From the NCBI GenBank assembly GCA_021823905.1, contig JAKALX010000001.1:1-42768 (forward strand): a stretch of DNA of 42,768 nucleotides. Reading direction: 5' to 3'. Below, one piece after another: positions 42,657-42,768 of this stretch (position 1 is its first letter; every line of letters starts with the position of its first letter). The position numbers and the translations under genes were made by a program. The notes beneath the pieces were generated by a model. That model was not told the origin of the DNA and ran no database searches. It worked only from the letters and a program-made list of their open reading frames with translations. This stretch comes from Chloroflexota bacterium (lineage in GTDB: Bacteria; Chloroflexota; Dehalococcoidia; Tepidiformales; Tepidiformaceae).

Positions 42657-42730
42657 TGGCTGGGGAGCAGGGATTCGAACCCCAATACCGTGGTCCAGAG
42701 CCACGTGTCCTGCCATTGGACGACTCCCCA
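42657..42730 (-). tRNA. tRNA-Gln (anticodon CTG), CCA encoded
   Basis: The reverse complement folds as a cloverleaf. The acceptor stem is TGGGGAG/CTCCCCA and the D stem is GTCC/GGAC. The anticodon stem CGTGG/CCACG carries the loop CTCTGGA (anticodon CTG). The T loop is TTCGAAT and the discriminator G is followed by CCA. The 5' UGGGG start resembles E. coli tRNA-Gln. Confidence 0.85.
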
Positions 42731-42768
42731 GCACGGCTGGGACGCCAATTGTAAGCCAACCCGGCTCG

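Overview
High-GC bacterial DNA; I cannot assign a taxon from sequence alone, and no searches were run. All family calls rest on motifs I recognise.

Most of the window (about 4.8-40.3 kb) is one large, almost entirely plus-strand surface-glycan locus of the Wzx/Wzy type (O-antigen or exopolysaccharide).
- It encodes a Wzz/GumC-like co-polymerase, a Wzx-like flippase and a Wzy-like polymerase.
- It also encodes 9 glycosyltransferases (3 GT2, 6 GT4), an acetyltransferase and a methyltransferase.
- Many gene junctions overlap as ATGA or GTGA, which suggests translational coupling.

The locus contains three nucleotide-sugar modules.
1. A CDP-3,6-dideoxyhexose pathway (rfbF/rfbG/rfbH plus a reductase) extended by an SDR and a thiamine-diphosphate acetolactate-synthase-like enzyme. 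This is the enzyme set of the branched-sugar CDP-yersiniose pathway.
2. A UDP-GlcNAc-6-dehydrogenase-like enzyme, a 4-epimerase-like enzyme and an AsnB-type amidotransferase, which suggests an amidated hexosaminuronic acid.
3. A CapE/FnlA-type 4,6-dehydratase, an RmlD-like reductase, a 2-epimerase and a WbuB-like transferase, which suggests UDP-L-RhaNAc, L-QuiNAc or L-FucNAc.

Two insertion sequences interrupt the region.
- An IS630-family element sits next to a methyltransferase stub.
- An IS5-family element joins a 56-codon GT2 stub directly to a small cas-less CRISPR array (4 identical repeats).
- In both elements the transposase is split at an A7 run, with the DDE part in the +1 frame.

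Upstream of the locus (0.86-4.07 kb), two paralogous secreted Cys-containing proteins of unknown family bracket a polytopic membrane protein. A 478-aa secreted protein of unknown family sits in the middle of the glycan locus. The window ends with a hypothetical gene and tRNA-Gln(CTG).
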